NCBI GenBank assembly: GCA_030605795.1
Contig: JAUWHR010000005.1
Span: 338 to 64,337 of the forward strand
Origin: Anaerolineae bacterium
GTDB taxonomy: Bacteria > Chloroflexota > Anaerolineae > Anaerolineales > E44-bin32
Length of the DNA stretch: 64,000 bases
Direction of reading: 5' to 3'
This document shows, in pieces, positions 1 to 10,416 of this stretch. Below the pieces are notes generated by a model. It was not told the origin of the DNA and ran no database searches. It saw only the letters and a program-made list of their open reading frames with translations. How positions within the stretch are numbered: the stretch's first letter is position 1; each line of letters begins with the position of its first letter. The translations under genes and the position numbers were made by a program.

Positions 1-19
1 AACCAGAAGGAAATCCATC

Positions 20-433
20 ATGAACATGGATGGTGCATTACTTCATGGTGGAAGGTATAACCCTCCAGATGAGTTTGGTGCACTTTACCTATCAGACAGC
101 CCTGAAGCATGCGCAGCTGAAATGAAACGTCGGCCAAGAACACCGCCAGATTATGTCATAGGCGAAATCGAGGTGAAAGCCCAAAAGATCTGTGATCTAA
201 CCGATCCAATCCTCCTCGACCGGCTTGGCCTTGAAATGGATGATTTGTGTACAGATGATTGGGAACTCACGCGCATATTAGGGAACCTGATCCGTGACAC
301 CAACTTTGAAGGAGCGCTCGTGCCCTCCGCGGCTGGACCTTATAAGAACCTCGTACTTTTTCTGGACCGCTTCTCCAGCCAATCATCTCTTGAACTTATC
401 GATGTTCGACCCCTGATCATCAATAGTAAATAA
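20..433 (+). CDS. RES-domain toxin (short form)
   Basis: 137-aa ORF with GGRYNPP..ALYLS..E and distal VPSAAGP, the Arg/Glu/Ser pattern of RES toxins. AAGGA lies 8 nt upstream of the ATG. Any Xre partner would lie upstream of the window. Confidence 0.7.
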   Translation: MNMDGALLHGGRYNPPDEFGALYLSDSPEACAAEMKRRPRTPPDYVIGEIEVKAQKICDLTDPILLDRLGLEMDDLCTDDWELTRILGNLIRDTNFEGALVPSAAGPYKNLVLFLDRFSSQSSLELIDVRPLIINSK

Positions 434-561
434 TACTGATCTTGTGTAATGGCTGGCCCCAGGCACCCCTGAATGAGTTAACAATTATCTCAAGAAGTTA
501 GCAGAGTACGCATAGATACAAGCCCGAGATTTCTTCGCTCGGGCTTCTTCGATTCTCAAGG

Positions 562-1299
562 ATGGAAAAAAGCATGGATAATAATCAGATTACTACTTTG
601 CCTGGATTTGACCTGGAAAAGCAAACTCAGCAATCACAATTGGTCCGAGCGCTCCCGGTTAAAGAGCAGCCAGCTTACCGGGCGATATATTGTGCAGAGG
701 CATGCACAACAACGGAGCTTCTTGCTGCGGTCATTCGTGGACCTGATCAGATTGAGATCGCTTCGGATCTGTCGGCTCGCTTTGGAGACATCCATGGAAT
801 TGCCGCTGCGAATGATGTTGAGCTAAAAGAAACGCGGGGCATTGGAGCGGCCAGGGCCGCGGCTATCAAAGCCGCCTTTGAGCTGGGGCGTCGACTGAAC
901 CAGCCTCCGCCCAGCTTACGGTCCATCCAGAGTCCTGATGAGGCCGCGGCTATTCTCATGCCAAGGATGCAGCATCTCGAAAGAGAGGAGTTTGTTGTCC
1001 TGCTTTTGAACACCCGTAACCATCTGATCGGAGAGCCCATCGTTGTGTATCGCGGCTCATTGAATTCGAGCCTGATCCGCATCGGCGAAGTTCTCAGGCC
1101 CGCGGTTCGATCAAATGCAGCAGCGGTCATTATTGCCCATAACCATCCTAGTGGCGTGTGCGACCCCTCACCCGAGGACGTCGCAGTGACCAGGTCGATC
1201 GTTGAAAGCGGCAGGCTTCTTGATATTCAAATTTTGGATCATCTCATCATCGGTCGTGGGTGCTATGTGTCTCTGAAGTCTAAAGGACTGGGCTTCTGA
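562..1299 (+). CDS. radC: RadC-like JAB/MPN domain protein
   Basis: 245 aa. Helix-hairpin-helix-like ELKETRGIGAARAAAI, then the JAMM motif HNHPSG..PS..D (IIAHNHPSGVCDPSPEDV) typical of the RadC/UPF0758 family. Confidence 0.85.
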   Translation: MEKSMDNNQITTLPGFDLEKQTQQSQLVRALPVKEQPAYRAIYCAEACTTTELLAAVIRGPDQIEIASDLSARFGDIHGIAAANDVELKETRGIGAARAAAIKAAFELGRRLNQPPPSLRSIQSPDEAAAILMPRMQHLEREEFVVLLLNTRNHLIGEPIVVYRGSLNSSLIRIGEVLRPAVRSNAAAVIIAHNHPSGVCDPSPEDVAVTRSIVESGRLLDIQILDHLIIGRGCYVSLKSKGLGF

Positions 1300-2085
1300 T
1301 ATGCCCTGAATCAGGGAAGGAGGCTACTTCAAAGAGCTTCCACATGATCCCGGGATAGCCCAAGCACTTATCTCCGTGCCGCTGACAACACAGCGGCGAC
1401 TTTTACACGAGGAGGTCTTTATAAATGTTGATCGACCGCACCATCCAGATCTTGAACAAAGAGCAGCAAAGCCCTCCGATGTAACGGAGCTCATCCGACA
1501 TCTCCTCTACACCGTACTGCAAACGGCGTCATCCCTGGTCTCGATCGGGGTTGTCGGCCCGGCGATATCGTTCAGCGATGACGGGGCAGGCTGGAGCAAA
1601 AAGGACTTCAAGATGAATTATCCCCTCTACAAGCTCCGGCGCCTTCTCACAAAGCTGGGATGCACGAAGCTCCAGATCGCCTCCAGCCACAGGGACAACG
1701 CCTGGACGACAGGGCCTGATGAGCGTCGTTGATCTCGAAGAGCCGCAATTCAGTGACATCGAGCTGCCCGTTACCGGAACCACAACCGTCTTTTAAGTTG
1801 GTTGCTCAATTGGGGATCTCGACGACCTTGTTCAGCAGGCGCGGGGGGTTGTACCGCTTGAGGTCAAGCTGAATGGAAACACGATTCCGACCCTTGATTC
1901 CTGAGAGAGCTTGTGGTTCGCACTCGACATCACCAGGCCATCAGGTCGATTTGTCCTGAATCAAATCCTTGATAACGGACAACTTGCAGATAGAGCCGGG
2001 TTCTGTTTTCCGGCATGCGGCTGAAACTATGTTACAATAAGCAGAAATACTGAGGGCGCAGAAATACAGACGGCAGGAGGCTGAG

Positions 2086-2364
2086 ATGGAAGAAACTATC
2101 CAAGTTCGAAAGCGGGGTGTGGTGACACTCCCGGCTAAACTGCGCGGTAAATATGGCATTGAAGAGGGTGATACCTTTCGTGTGCTCGATCTGGACGGCC
2201 TGTTCGTGCTGTCGCCGATGGTCCCGATGGTGCCAGAGCTGGCGCGTGAGATCGAAAGTATGCGGCTCGAGGCGGGAATGAGCATTCAAGAACTGCTCGA
2301 GGGCCTGAGAGAGCAACGAGAACGATACTACCGAAAACACTACGCCAATGGCAAAGACGACTAA
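2086..2364 (+). CDS. AbrB/SpoVT-type antitoxin (VapB-like)
   Basis: 92 aa. N-terminal swapped-hairpin signature IQVRKRGVVTLPAKLRGKYGIEEGDTF. Overlaps the downstream PIN gene by 17 nt. Confidence 0.8.
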   Translation: MEETIQVRKRGVVTLPAKLRGKYGIEEGDTFRVLDLDGLFVLSPMVPMVPELAREIESMRLEAGMSIQELLEGLREQRERYYRKHYANGKDD

Positions 2365-2806
2365 GCCGCGGGTCCTCATTGACGCCGACGTACTTTTCGC
2401 TGGAGCGGCTGCACCGAGCGAGTATGGGGCCAGTCTTGTCGTTCTTCGTATGGCCGAGATCACACTGGTTGAGGCCATTGCCTCTCGCCAGGTTATCGTC
2501 GAGGCCGAGTGGAATCTCACAGAGAAGTTTCCGAATGTGCTATCAACCTTCAGGCTACTGGTTGACCGGTGCCTCGACATTGTTGAGGACCCAACACGAG
2601 ACGACTTATCCAAGTATGAAGGATCGGCCGATGCCAAGGATCTCCCAATCTTGGTCGCTGCCATACAACATAAATGCTCGTGGCTGGTAACCTTTAACAC
2701 GCGCCATTTCCAGCCGGGCCATCCGGATGTCACCGTGCTTGAGCCAGGAACCTTTGTGAAGAGGGTTCGTGAACTGCTCGCCTACCTTACTCCTTCGGAG
2801 AACTAG
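2348..2806 (+). CDS. PIN-domain nuclease toxin (VapC-like)
   Basis: 152 aa. N-terminal VLIDADVL acidic motif and distal DAKDLPILVAAI..FNTRHF, consistent with the PIN fold. Paired with the upstream AbrB antitoxin. Confidence 0.75.
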   Translation: MAKTTKPRVLIDADVLFAGAAAPSEYGASLVVLRMAEITLVEAIASRQVIVEAEWNLTEKFPNVLSTFRLLVDRCLDIVEDPTRDDLSKYEGSADAKDLPILVAAIQHKCSWLVTFNTRHFQPGHPDVTVLEPGTFVKRVRELLAYLTPSEN

Positions 2807-3598
2807 GCGGCATCAGATCTGATCCAAAGACCCAAGAGCGTTTTTGCGGTGCCACTCGTCTGCTAGGCCAATGTCTTATTAGTTAGAATTCACCGCGCAA
2901 ATTCCTAGCTCATCCATTAAGTTCCCCATAACTGTAGCGGCTGAACACATTCTGGCGCCAACAAACGGATTCAACATCCCAACGCCTTCGACCCGCGCCG
3001 ATGTGCCCATAAGCCTGCGCAAGATTCGCAGCTCGACTTGTGCGCGCCCGGCCGAGGTTGCGCCGGGATCTCATAGCTCGCTCCGGCTTATCCATCCTTG
3101 AGCTGGAGTCGCAAACCGAGGAGGGAATCGCTGGCGTTGTCGGGGCCGTCCACCACGTTGGCGGTCTCGCGTTAACGGGCAGCGAGCCCCGGGCGGTCCT
3201 TTCTCCTACCAGTGGAAGAGGTTGTTCCTGTGGGGATAGGCATCCATATTCACTTTTCGTACCGGCCTTTTCGTGAAATGACAGGGCTCATTTTTAACCA
3301 GGAGACCCTCGTGGAAACATACTTCAAAGTCATTTCAAGCCACGCAAAAGACGAGCTCGCCTGGTGACTATTCCGGCTACCCGGGAAGGGCTGGCGAGCG
3401 AGTCTTGACCGGGGGGGCGTGCTGCTTCTTGAAAAGGTATGCGAGGCGGCCGATTTAAAGGGGTCGGAGGAGAGAGATTTTATCGCCCGCGCCCGGGAAA
3501 TCGAGTAGATGTTCAACCCCGTGTTTGTGCATGGAATTAGGGACATCCTCACTGGTGACGACAAACTTCGGGATGCAGTTCAAAGCGGTATAACAATA

Positions 3599-3620
3599 AA
3601 GACAACAATATTGTTGTCTT
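3599..3620. promoter_or_regulatory. Perfect 22-bp palindrome (candidate operator) next to a TATAAT box
   Basis: AAGACAACAAT|ATTGTTGTCTT at 3599-3620. TATAAT is at 3625-3630, about 36 nt upstream of the XRE-family gene start at 3666. Confidence 0.5.
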
Positions 3621-3665
3621 ATGATATAATAATATCTGGATCCGGCTAATTATTTGTACGGAAAG

Positions 3666-4382
3666 ATGGCAATGGACGAAATACTGAATGAGCGCCATTA
3701 CTGGACAGCAAAATCAAAGCTGAGGGAATTAAATGCTGAGTTTGAAGAATCTCGAAGCAATCCTGAACGGCTTTCTCCTAAAGCGCAGAAATCCATACTC
3801 GAGTCACTGAACGCGCAAATCATAGAATTAGTCGTAGAGATTTCAGAATATGAGGCGATAAAGAAGTCAGGGGGTATGCGCTTCTATCTTGAATCTTTGG
3901 ATGATCTTCCGCGAGTTTTAATAGGAGCGAGATTATCACTGGGTTGGACTCAGGAGAGACTCGCCGATGAATTGAATATGCCGAAACAGCAAATCCAGCG
4001 ATACGAGGTGACGTTCTATGAATCGGCAAGCTTTCGTCGAATCCTTGAAGTCGCCGATGCTCTCGGAGTAAGTTTTTCGGGTACGGCGGATACGTATTCC
4101 AGTCAAAGAAGTCTGAGTAGGCTTGATCCTGATATTGTCCGTCATACGCTTTCTGGCTTCTCTGCAGCTGCAACTTTCCAGGAAGCCGAAAGTCGTCTGC
4201 GTCTTCGTTCAATGACGGACCATGAAGCGCGTCAGATTTTCGACGATCTTTGTGATACACACTCGCATCTATCCGAAATCCACGAAACCAGAACCATGAA
4301 AAGCAACGTGCTACTTGACCACAAGCTCTCTCAACGGAGAGCTATGGAAGTATTGGCCAGAAAGCGAGGCGATCTCCAGTGA
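3666..4382 (+). CDS. XRE-family helix-turn-helix protein (antitoxin-like)
   Basis: Central HTH LSLGWTQERLADELNMPKQQIQRYE. The ATG at 3666 is preferred over the TTG at 3654. Stop overlaps the GTG start of the next gene (GTGA). Confidence 0.7.
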   Translation: MAMDEILNERHYWTAKSKLRELNAEFEESRSNPERLSPKAQKSILESLNAQIIELVVEISEYEAIKKSGGMRFYLESLDDLPRVLIGARLSLGWTQERLADELNMPKQQIQRYEVTFYESASFRRILEVADALGVSFSGTADTYSSQRSLSRLDPDIVRHTLSGFSAAATFQEAESRLRLRSMTDHEARQIFDDLCDTHSHLSEIHETRTMKSNVLLDHKLSQRRAMEVLARKRGDLQ

Positions 4383-4933
4383 ATCCTCAGATAAAAGCCG
4401 CAATCCTCATGCATGAATTATTAGAAACCCATCAACTGAAGTATGCTGTAATTGAGGGTATCGCTTTACAGTTCTGGGGTGAACCACGGTTTACTCGTGA
4501 TGTTGACATTACTGTCGAGGGTCGTATGGAGCTCCCTGAACTTGTAAAGCTATTCACAGAGACTTATAAATCTCGTGTACCCGATCCTCTCAAGTTTGCA
4601 CAAGCTACCCGGATGATTCTCCTTCAGGTAGAAGAAGTGAATGTGGACATCGCGCTTGCTTTTCCTGGTTATGAAGAAGATCTATTCAGGAACGCGCCGA
4701 TCTTTGAGGTAGAACAGGGGGTGGAACTTAGGATCTGTTCAGCCGAGGATCTTATCATACACAAGGCAGTTGTGGGTCGTCCTCAGGATCTTTCCGATAT
4801 AAAGAGCATTATCTACCGTCAGTCTGATGATCTCGACATTAAATATATCCGCAGTTGGCTGGGCGAGTTTGCAGATGCTCTTTCGGATCCAACCATCTTA
4901 GATCGTTTCGACACTGCATGGGGAGATAGGTAA
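4379..4933 (+). CDS. Nucleotidyltransferase-fold protein (possible toxin partner)
   Basis: 184 aa. YAVIEGIALQFWGEPRFTRDVDITV resembles the G..(D/E).D motif of minimal nucleotidyltransferases. Translationally coupled to the HTH gene. Confidence 0.5.
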   Translation: MNPQIKAAILMHELLETHQLKYAVIEGIALQFWGEPRFTRDVDITVEGRMELPELVKLFTETYKSRVPDPLKFAQATRMILLQVEEVNVDIALAFPGYEEDLFRNAPIFEVEQGVELRICSAEDLIIHKAVVGRPQDLSDIKSIIYRQSDDLDIKYIRSWLGEFADALSDPTILDRFDTAWGDR

Positions 4934-5153
4934 AGGAGTCATTTACATGTGAATATCCGGTAAAGCAAAACAGGACAATCAAATCAAAGCCATCCTGAAT
5001 AGATATTCCAGGGTGGCTTTCTCATTTTGAAAGGAGTTCTATGTGACGCAATTCGTCAATCCTGGAGTGTTGGATATTTCGCGCGAGGCGATTGAGCAAG
5101 AGTCTGGCATACCAGAAATCCCGCTTTAGATCCCTCCTCCAGGTTTCTACCGC

Positions 5154-6551
5154 ATGGATCTGATGCAATGGTTGTATAAGGGATTGCTCATGGATGACCG
5201 AAAACTGTGGGACCGCCCTAGTTGTCTTGCGAAACGGGAAGAACATGGAGATAACTTTCTAGATTGGTCTGTGGAAAACTTTACCTGGGACCAGCTCCTA
5301 GGGGAGATCAACTGGATCTCCAATCGTGAAGCGCTCATGCTTCTGGAGATGATGCTCAAGCGCGACATCCTTCACGAGATGCGAAGGGGCATCCTTCGTG
5401 GGAATAGCATTGAAAACACGCCACGATCTACGAGTCTTCCCGAACTAGAGCGCATGCTCGCCTGGATCCGTGCAGGGAACCGTTGGGCTTGGTGGATTGA
5501 AGCACTGCAGGAAATCCCTGATACCAAATACCATCCCATACCTCGCTTGGATTTTTCTATGCACGGGTCCTACCCTGGTATGGATCGAGTTCGGCGGCAC
5601 ATTGAGGATGTGGGCAGGCTTCTCTTTCGCAGGGGCATTGACAATGAGGGATTGCTCGTGATGGCCGATTACATCCTGTATGCGCTGGGCTTCCTCTCCG
5701 AGCCTCCTGACAATGTTCCTGTGGAGGATTTTAGAGATCTGGTTGTCTCTTTTGATCTCAACCTCTTGTTGCGCTGGCCATCTTCCCATTTCGACATCCA
5801 TCTTTCTGAGAGCAAAATCGGCATATAGGTTGCATTCTTTTCCACCCCGATGAACGTATCGGTCTTCATGTCTGAGATGGTGCATGCAGCTTCTCCCGAT
5901 GATGAGGCTTCAGATTCAGGGGATTCGGTTCTCCAGAGAAAGCGCAAGCTTTGTTCCACGCTTGGCGAGCCGGCTGCCGGCATCGGCAACCTGATCCTTG
6001 CCTCTTCGAACCATCACTGGCTGGGCGGGCCATTCTGGGACATCAATCCATCCACAAAGAAGGTGGGGCGTGCCCAGCTCGCCCAGTAAGCGCCCTAGTT
6101 CTAGCAGTATTACTTCCTTGCACCGCCACCATATGGTTCGCTGGCTGACCCCGAAGAACTGAGGCAGCAGGCTGCAGAGCAGCAGAAGATGTACATCATC
6201 GAACACCAGCGGGCAGTCTACGCCATGGAGGATTGGTCTTGGTGTTTGGTGGAGCGGGCGTTCTCGAGTCCAAACACCTCCGAACAGATCGCACAATACG
6301 AGAAGAGAAATCGTCTGCTGACAAAGGACATTCGGCATCGCGCCCAGGCGCGGAGCACGCGCAAGATGAGGGATCGGCTTCGCCTGCTCAACCATATGTT
6401 GAAATCTGTCCGTACAGAAACCAAGGAACAACCTTCGGAGACCCCCTCCGAAGATGTCTCCACAGAGGCGGCTCTTAGGCCCGACTGCATAAACCTTGGC
6501 TTCCAGCAGGAGTTCCTATTTGAAGCTGCAGAATTCGAGGGAAAGGAGTGA
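5154..6551 (+). pseudogene. N6-adenine DNA methyltransferase-like gene broken by four in-frame stops
   Basis: The track ORFs 5154-5828, 5850-6089 and 6189-6551 share one frame. In-frame stops are TAG 5826, TAA 6087, TAG 6096 and TAG 6102. By eye: FFSTP..V..M (FxTP-like), EPAAGIGNLIL (motif I-like), PPPYG (motif IV-like). Confidence 0.45.
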
Positions 6552-6660
6552 GAACGGAGATTATTTAATCCTGATCATCAGGTCAAAACGAAAGATCGAT
6601 CATGCCTATATGGGACATCTAATAGGACACTTGACGACTAAACGAAAGGGTAATATACTT

Positions 6661-7068
6661 ATGATAGAACTTCAAGCGGATCGAGACAGGAAAACCGTGA
6701 TGGCAGTAGCTTTTGTTGATCAACTCGAACGGGAAACCGCTCGGAAGACGATCGAGGGAGCACGTCAGACCTTCGGTTTGAATTATGTGGACATTGCATC
6801 TGCCTTGGGTGTCGATAGGCGAACTCTTCTACGGTATCGGAAAGAGATGAATACGCCATCGCCGAAGGTTCGTGATCGTCTGGAGGCTCTTCGTCAGATC
6901 TCTCATCTACTGTACTTGATCTACGTAAACCGTGAAGATGGGTTAACCTGGCTCTACACCCCCGTACCTCTCCTGCAAGGACGCCGCCCGATTGACCTCA
7001 TGAGAAGAGGTGAACTTGATGAGGTCCTTTCTGTTCTTGCAGGATTCTATTCGGGCGCTCACATTTGA
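6661..7068 (+). CDS. Xre-type antitoxin with DUF2384-like C-terminus (RES-Xre pair)
   Basis: [19 protein letters not shown], then [31 protein letters not shown], typical of antitoxins partnered with RES toxins. ATG 6661 preferred over track start 6496. Overlaps the RES gene by 4 nt. Confidence 0.75.
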   Translation: MIELQADRDRKTVMAVAFVDQLERETARKTIEGARQTFGLNYVDIASALGVDRRTLLRYRKEMNTPSPKVRDRLEALRQISHLLYLIYVNREDGLTWLYTPVPLLQGRRPIDLMRRGELDEVLSVLAGFYSGAHI

Positions 7069-7556
7069 GATACAAGGGTAAGGTCTGGCGACATGTCCCC
7101 GCTGGTGCACACCCATTGCATGCCGGTTACATTCTGAGAGCGGGCGGCCGATGGAATCGGCAAGGTGTGTATGGCTGTCTTTATACATCTCTTACCAAAA
7201 GGGGCGCTCTTGCGGAGTTCGCTAAATTCTTCCATAACTTGAGTGATGTTGATTTTCAAAGATGGAACCGCGATCTTGTCTCCATCCTTGTTGATTTGGA
7301 TCCTGTTGCAGATCTCACGAACAAGGCGACTTCACCAATCCCTCCAGACGAACCTTTTCTCACTGGAAATGAACCCAGCGATTTTGAGGCTTGCCGCGCA
7401 CTGGCGGATTCGTTGAGAGCTGCTGGCTACGTCGCGTTAATCACCCCTTCTGCAGCAAGGCCTGGAGAGAAAAATCTGGATATCTATCTAGACGGTCTGG
7501 CAGGAAACATCCAAATCGACGAAGGGGGTGAGCGGATTCCTCTCGAAGCCCCATAG
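7065..7556 (+). CDS. RES-domain toxin
   Basis: 163 aa. [30 protein letters not shown] supplies the R, E and S signature residues. Confidence 0.8.
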   Translation: MRYKGKVWRHVPAGAHPLHAGYILRAGGRWNRQGVYGCLYTSLTKRGALAEFAKFFHNLSDVDFQRWNRDLVSILVDLDPVADLTNKATSPIPPDEPFLTGNEPSDFEACRALADSLRAAGYVALITPSAARPGEKNLDIYLDGLAGNIQIDEGGERIPLEAP

Positions 7557-7656
7557 ATTTCACCAAAGCAACCCGATGGCAAGCTGAAAGCTGATAGTGC
7601 CATCATCATCGCATCCATCTTCCTCAACCAGACAGCATTGCTGTATGGTGTCTCTT

Positions 7657-8316
7657 GTACGCCCGGCATGGGCGATAGCTAGGAGGTGAAAGTCCTCTGC
7701 GGGCGTTGATCCGACGAACCGCTAGCCGACGGCAATTGCGCTGGTGTGAACCAGCGTGGGGACGCTGCGCGGAGCCAGAGTGCAAAACCTGGACTTGATG
7801 GATAAGAACTGCGTAAGGAGGCGTAGAGCGCCGGGTGAGCTAGCAAGTGATAGTGAAGCCCCAAAAGGGTCAAGGCGGCTTTACGTAATCGCAGCGAGGG
7901 CCAGGGGAAAGCTATCATACCTTATCCGGGGAGATCTGCGGCGTGTCTTGGAGACGAGACTGAGGAGATCGAGAGGTCTTCTGACCGCGTCGCAGAAGTC
8001 AGCATAGTCGATGGGGTAACGACCATCCAGGGAGAGCAGAGAAATCTGCTTAGTCCGAACGGCAAACTAGCCTGGAGTGGAACATTAGAGGGACGAGCAT
8101 GGAAGGTAGACTTCCCCAGATAGGGGACCTGCTGGTAGCGCGAAGGCGTTGAAGCCATTGGGATCCAACCAAAGGACCGAGCAGTCCCCGGCATCGACCT
8201 CCAACAAAGGCTAGAGGGCTAATAGATGTCCTGACTTTTGCCGAACCGCCGGATGCGGACCCGCATGTCCGGTGGTGTGGGAGGGGAGAGGTCGTGAGGC
8301 CTCCCCCTACCCCGAT
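7657..8316 (+). ncRNA. ORF-less group II intron-like RNA (5' boundary uncertain)
   Basis: Domain V-like hairpin at 8245-8276: 9-bp outer helix with a G.U pair, CGC at 8247-8249 in the triad position, 2-nt 3'-strand bulge TG, 4-bp inner helix, loop GACC. Domain VI-like helix at 8279-8313 with bulged A8309, 7 nt before ..CCCCGAT (8316). Candidate 5' ends are GTACG (7657) or GTGTG (7744). No RT ORF is present. Confidence 0.5.
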
Positions 8317-8830
8317 TTTTCTTAAAAAAGGAGATCAATATGAAAGCAGTAGGTTTTGCCTCAGTGTTGGACTCTGCGATTCCGAGAGCGCAGAGCTTCA
8401 CGGACAGGTCGCCATATGAAACACATTTGTGGGGGAGGAGCTTTTTTCAAGCGTGGATTCAGAGGTCAATGTTGCCAGATATCTTCCGTATCCTTCGCTT
8501 TCCCTGACCGAACTTCTTGAGGAAGATCTGGAACTCACACAGTCGTGTGCAGAGGCCGTTGAAAACCAATAGCAGGGCCTGTATGTGAACAGATTTATGG
8601 CGGGTATTGCCGGCGAATATCTTCGTCGTCTGATTTTGGGTGAGTTGGTAGTCTTTCAGACCTGGGTGAACTTGTCCAGCTTGGAAATGTCTTCCGTTCC
8701 CGTAAATCAATATCACATCAGCCGGTTATCCCATCTCAGGGAAGAAAGTCAGAGGTGTTCTATGGAAACCGTTAAGGAGATGTTGGCCTAGGAATTAGTT
8801 CGTCCGCGTAAACCATGCTTCCATGCTGAG

Positions 8831-8859
8831 ACAGACCCTTCGTGGTCTGTATTGTTTTT
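8831..8859 (+). terminator. Rho-independent terminator-like hairpin
   Basis: ACAGACC-cttcgt-GGTCTGT followed by ATTGTTTTT. Confidence 0.55.
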
Positions 8860-8938
8860 AGAGGATAAAGACCAAGGCTTTGACTATGGGCTTTGAAGGA
8901 TCGTACTCGATAAACCCCAACGGAAAGGAGAGAACACA

Positions 8939-9982
8939 ATGGCTTCACAAGTCACCGCAAATACATTGGTTGCAGCTGAAGTGCAGGAGGTGAAGGGCCC
9001 TTGGGTGTCTGACATTCAACCCGGGGACGAATTCATTGGCTTCTATGTGGCCAGAAATCCGCGCCTATACCCATACCGCGATCTCCTCCAGGGCAAGTAC
9101 ATGCGACTTTTGCTCTCGGATCGTACCGGTTACGTCCAGGCAAGGATCTGGGAAGAGGCGGAGGCGGCAGCAGAGGAAATCACCAACAGCACGCCGATCA
9201 AGGTGGACGGTGTCGCCGAGCTTTATAACGGCGGTGTTCAGGTCCACATAAGGCGCTTCCGCCTCGCCAGGGAGGGCGAGGTTCAACGAGAAGACCTGAT
9301 TAAGGCATCAAGTCGGGATGTCGAGCAGATGTGGGTGGTCGTCCAGGACGCGATTGACCAGGTGCAGGACCAGCATATCTCTTCGCTGCTGCGCTACTTC
9401 TTTGAAGATATCGGTTTCACGTCCAAATTCCTTGAGATCCCTGCGGCAAGAGTCATCCACCACGCCAATATGAGCGGGCTACTTGAGCACTGCTACGAGC
9501 TCATCCTTCTGGCTCAACCGCTGCTCGATCTCTATCCCGAGATCGACCGTGACCTCCTCGTTGCCGGCATTCTACTACATGACATTGGAAAGCTTGAGGA
9601 GTATGACTATGAATACGATACTTCCATGACGGATGCTGGAAAGCTCATCGGGCATGTTGTCCTCTCCGAGCGCATCGTGTCCAGAGCCATTAGTGCAATC
9701 GGGGGGTTTTCCAAATCGCGAGAAAACGAAATTCTGCACCTCATTGTGTCACACCACGGAAGGCATGAGTGGGGCGCAGCCCGCCGACCGAAATCCCTTG
9801 AAGCGATCGCGCTTCACCATCTGGAAAACCTCGATGCACAGGTCAATCGCTTCAATCAGCTTCTTGAGCATGCTCGGGAGGACGGTAAAGCATGGACAGA
9901 CTATGACCGTCTGCTTGGAAGGATGCTCTATGCCGGCGAACGGGACGGCCTGACGGTCGAGGAAAATAGTTTCGTTGAGTGA
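8939..9982 (+). CDS. OB-fold plus HD-domain 3'-5' exoribonuclease (YhaM-like)
   Basis: 347 aa. N-terminal OB fold (GYVQARIWEE..VDGVAELYNGGVQV). HD domain (HHANMSGLLEH, ILLHDIGK, IVSHHGRHEWG) as in the YhaM/Cbf1 family. Confidence 0.8.
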   Translation: MASQVTANTLVAAEVQEVKGPWVSDIQPGDEFIGFYVARNPRLYPYRDLLQGKYMRLLLSDRTGYVQARIWEEAEAAAEEITNSTPIKVDGVAELYNGGVQVHIRRFRLAREGEVQREDLIKASSRDVEQMWVVVQDAIDQVQDQHISSLLRYFFEDIGFTSKFLEIPAARVIHHANMSGLLEHCYELILLAQPLLDLYPEIDRDLLVAGILLHDIGKLEEYDYEYDTSMTDAGKLIGHVVLSERIVSRAISAIGGFSKSRENEILHLIVSHHGRHEWGAARRPKSLEAIALHHLENLDAQVNRFNQLLEHAREDGKAWTDYDRLLGRMLYAGERDGLTVEENSFVE

Positions 9983-9992
9983 GGGACTGACT

Positions 9993-10115
9993 ATGACTTC
10001 TGTAATTGACCACATCACTTGTCTCCTGTGCGGGAATGAGAATGCGTATTCCGAATATCAAACCCGAAATTTCGAGGGCAGCGTATACTGTTTCGTTTGC
10101 GGGTATCGTGCGTGA
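9993..10115 (+). CDS. Possible 40-aa zinc-ribbon peptide
   Basis: MTSVIDHITCLLCGNE..YCFVCGYRA has CxxC..CxxC. Starts 10 nt after the yhaM-like stop. Below the 60-aa cutoff of the track. Confidence 0.3.
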   Translation: MTSVIDHITCLLCGNENAYSEYQTRNFEGSVYCFVCGYRA

Positions 10116-10416
10116 ACCCAAACATTGATTGATAGAGAGAAATCCGCCGCCGATCCCGAAGGCAGACTCTTCTTCAAGAAACGTCGGAATGGCGGGATCA
10201 TCCAGCGATACTACGAACGGAAAGGATACGGCGCCTGCAGCCTGTACTCGAAGGAGGGGGGTGGAATCCTATACTGCTTCTCTAAGCCCCTTCCTCAAGA
10301 AGCCCGTGAGGAGTTCCGGAGAGTCGTTGAAGAGGGGCAATCAGGCGATCATGAACTCCGACGGGATCTCAGCCACCTGACATGCTGGAACGAAGATCTG
10401 GGGCGAGCGGAGTTGA

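Noticed and set aside
1300-2085. ORF 1376-1732 (+) and overlapping minus-strand ORFs between radC and the AbrB antitoxin.
   Set aside because: Several mutually exclusive frames look weakly protein-like and none shows a recognisable motif. Left unannotated.
3278-3560. Possible further nonsense-broken gene: ATG 3278 with in-frame TGA 3365 and TAG 3506, protein-like stretches such as VLLLEKVCEAADLKGSEERDFIARAREIE.
   Set aside because: No family motif is recognised, and the frame runs into the promoter and palindrome of the next gene. That is too weak to call as a feature, so it is not counted in the pseudogene tally.
7681-7700. AGGAGGTGAAAGTCCTC resembles the GGTGAAAGTCC-type strings seen in cobalamin riboswitches and the GAGGAAAGTCC of RNase P RNA.
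   Set aside because: I see no B12 box (GCCACTG-like) and none of the other conserved RNase P blocks nearby. Clear domain V/VI-like hairpins about 550 nt downstream fit a group II intron better.
8340-8507. 55-codon ORF with a good RBS right after the intron-like RNA, considered as a truncated intron-encoded reverse transcriptase.
   Set aside because: No RT motifs are visible. The domain V/VI-like hairpins lie upstream of it, so it sits outside the intron rather than in domain IV.
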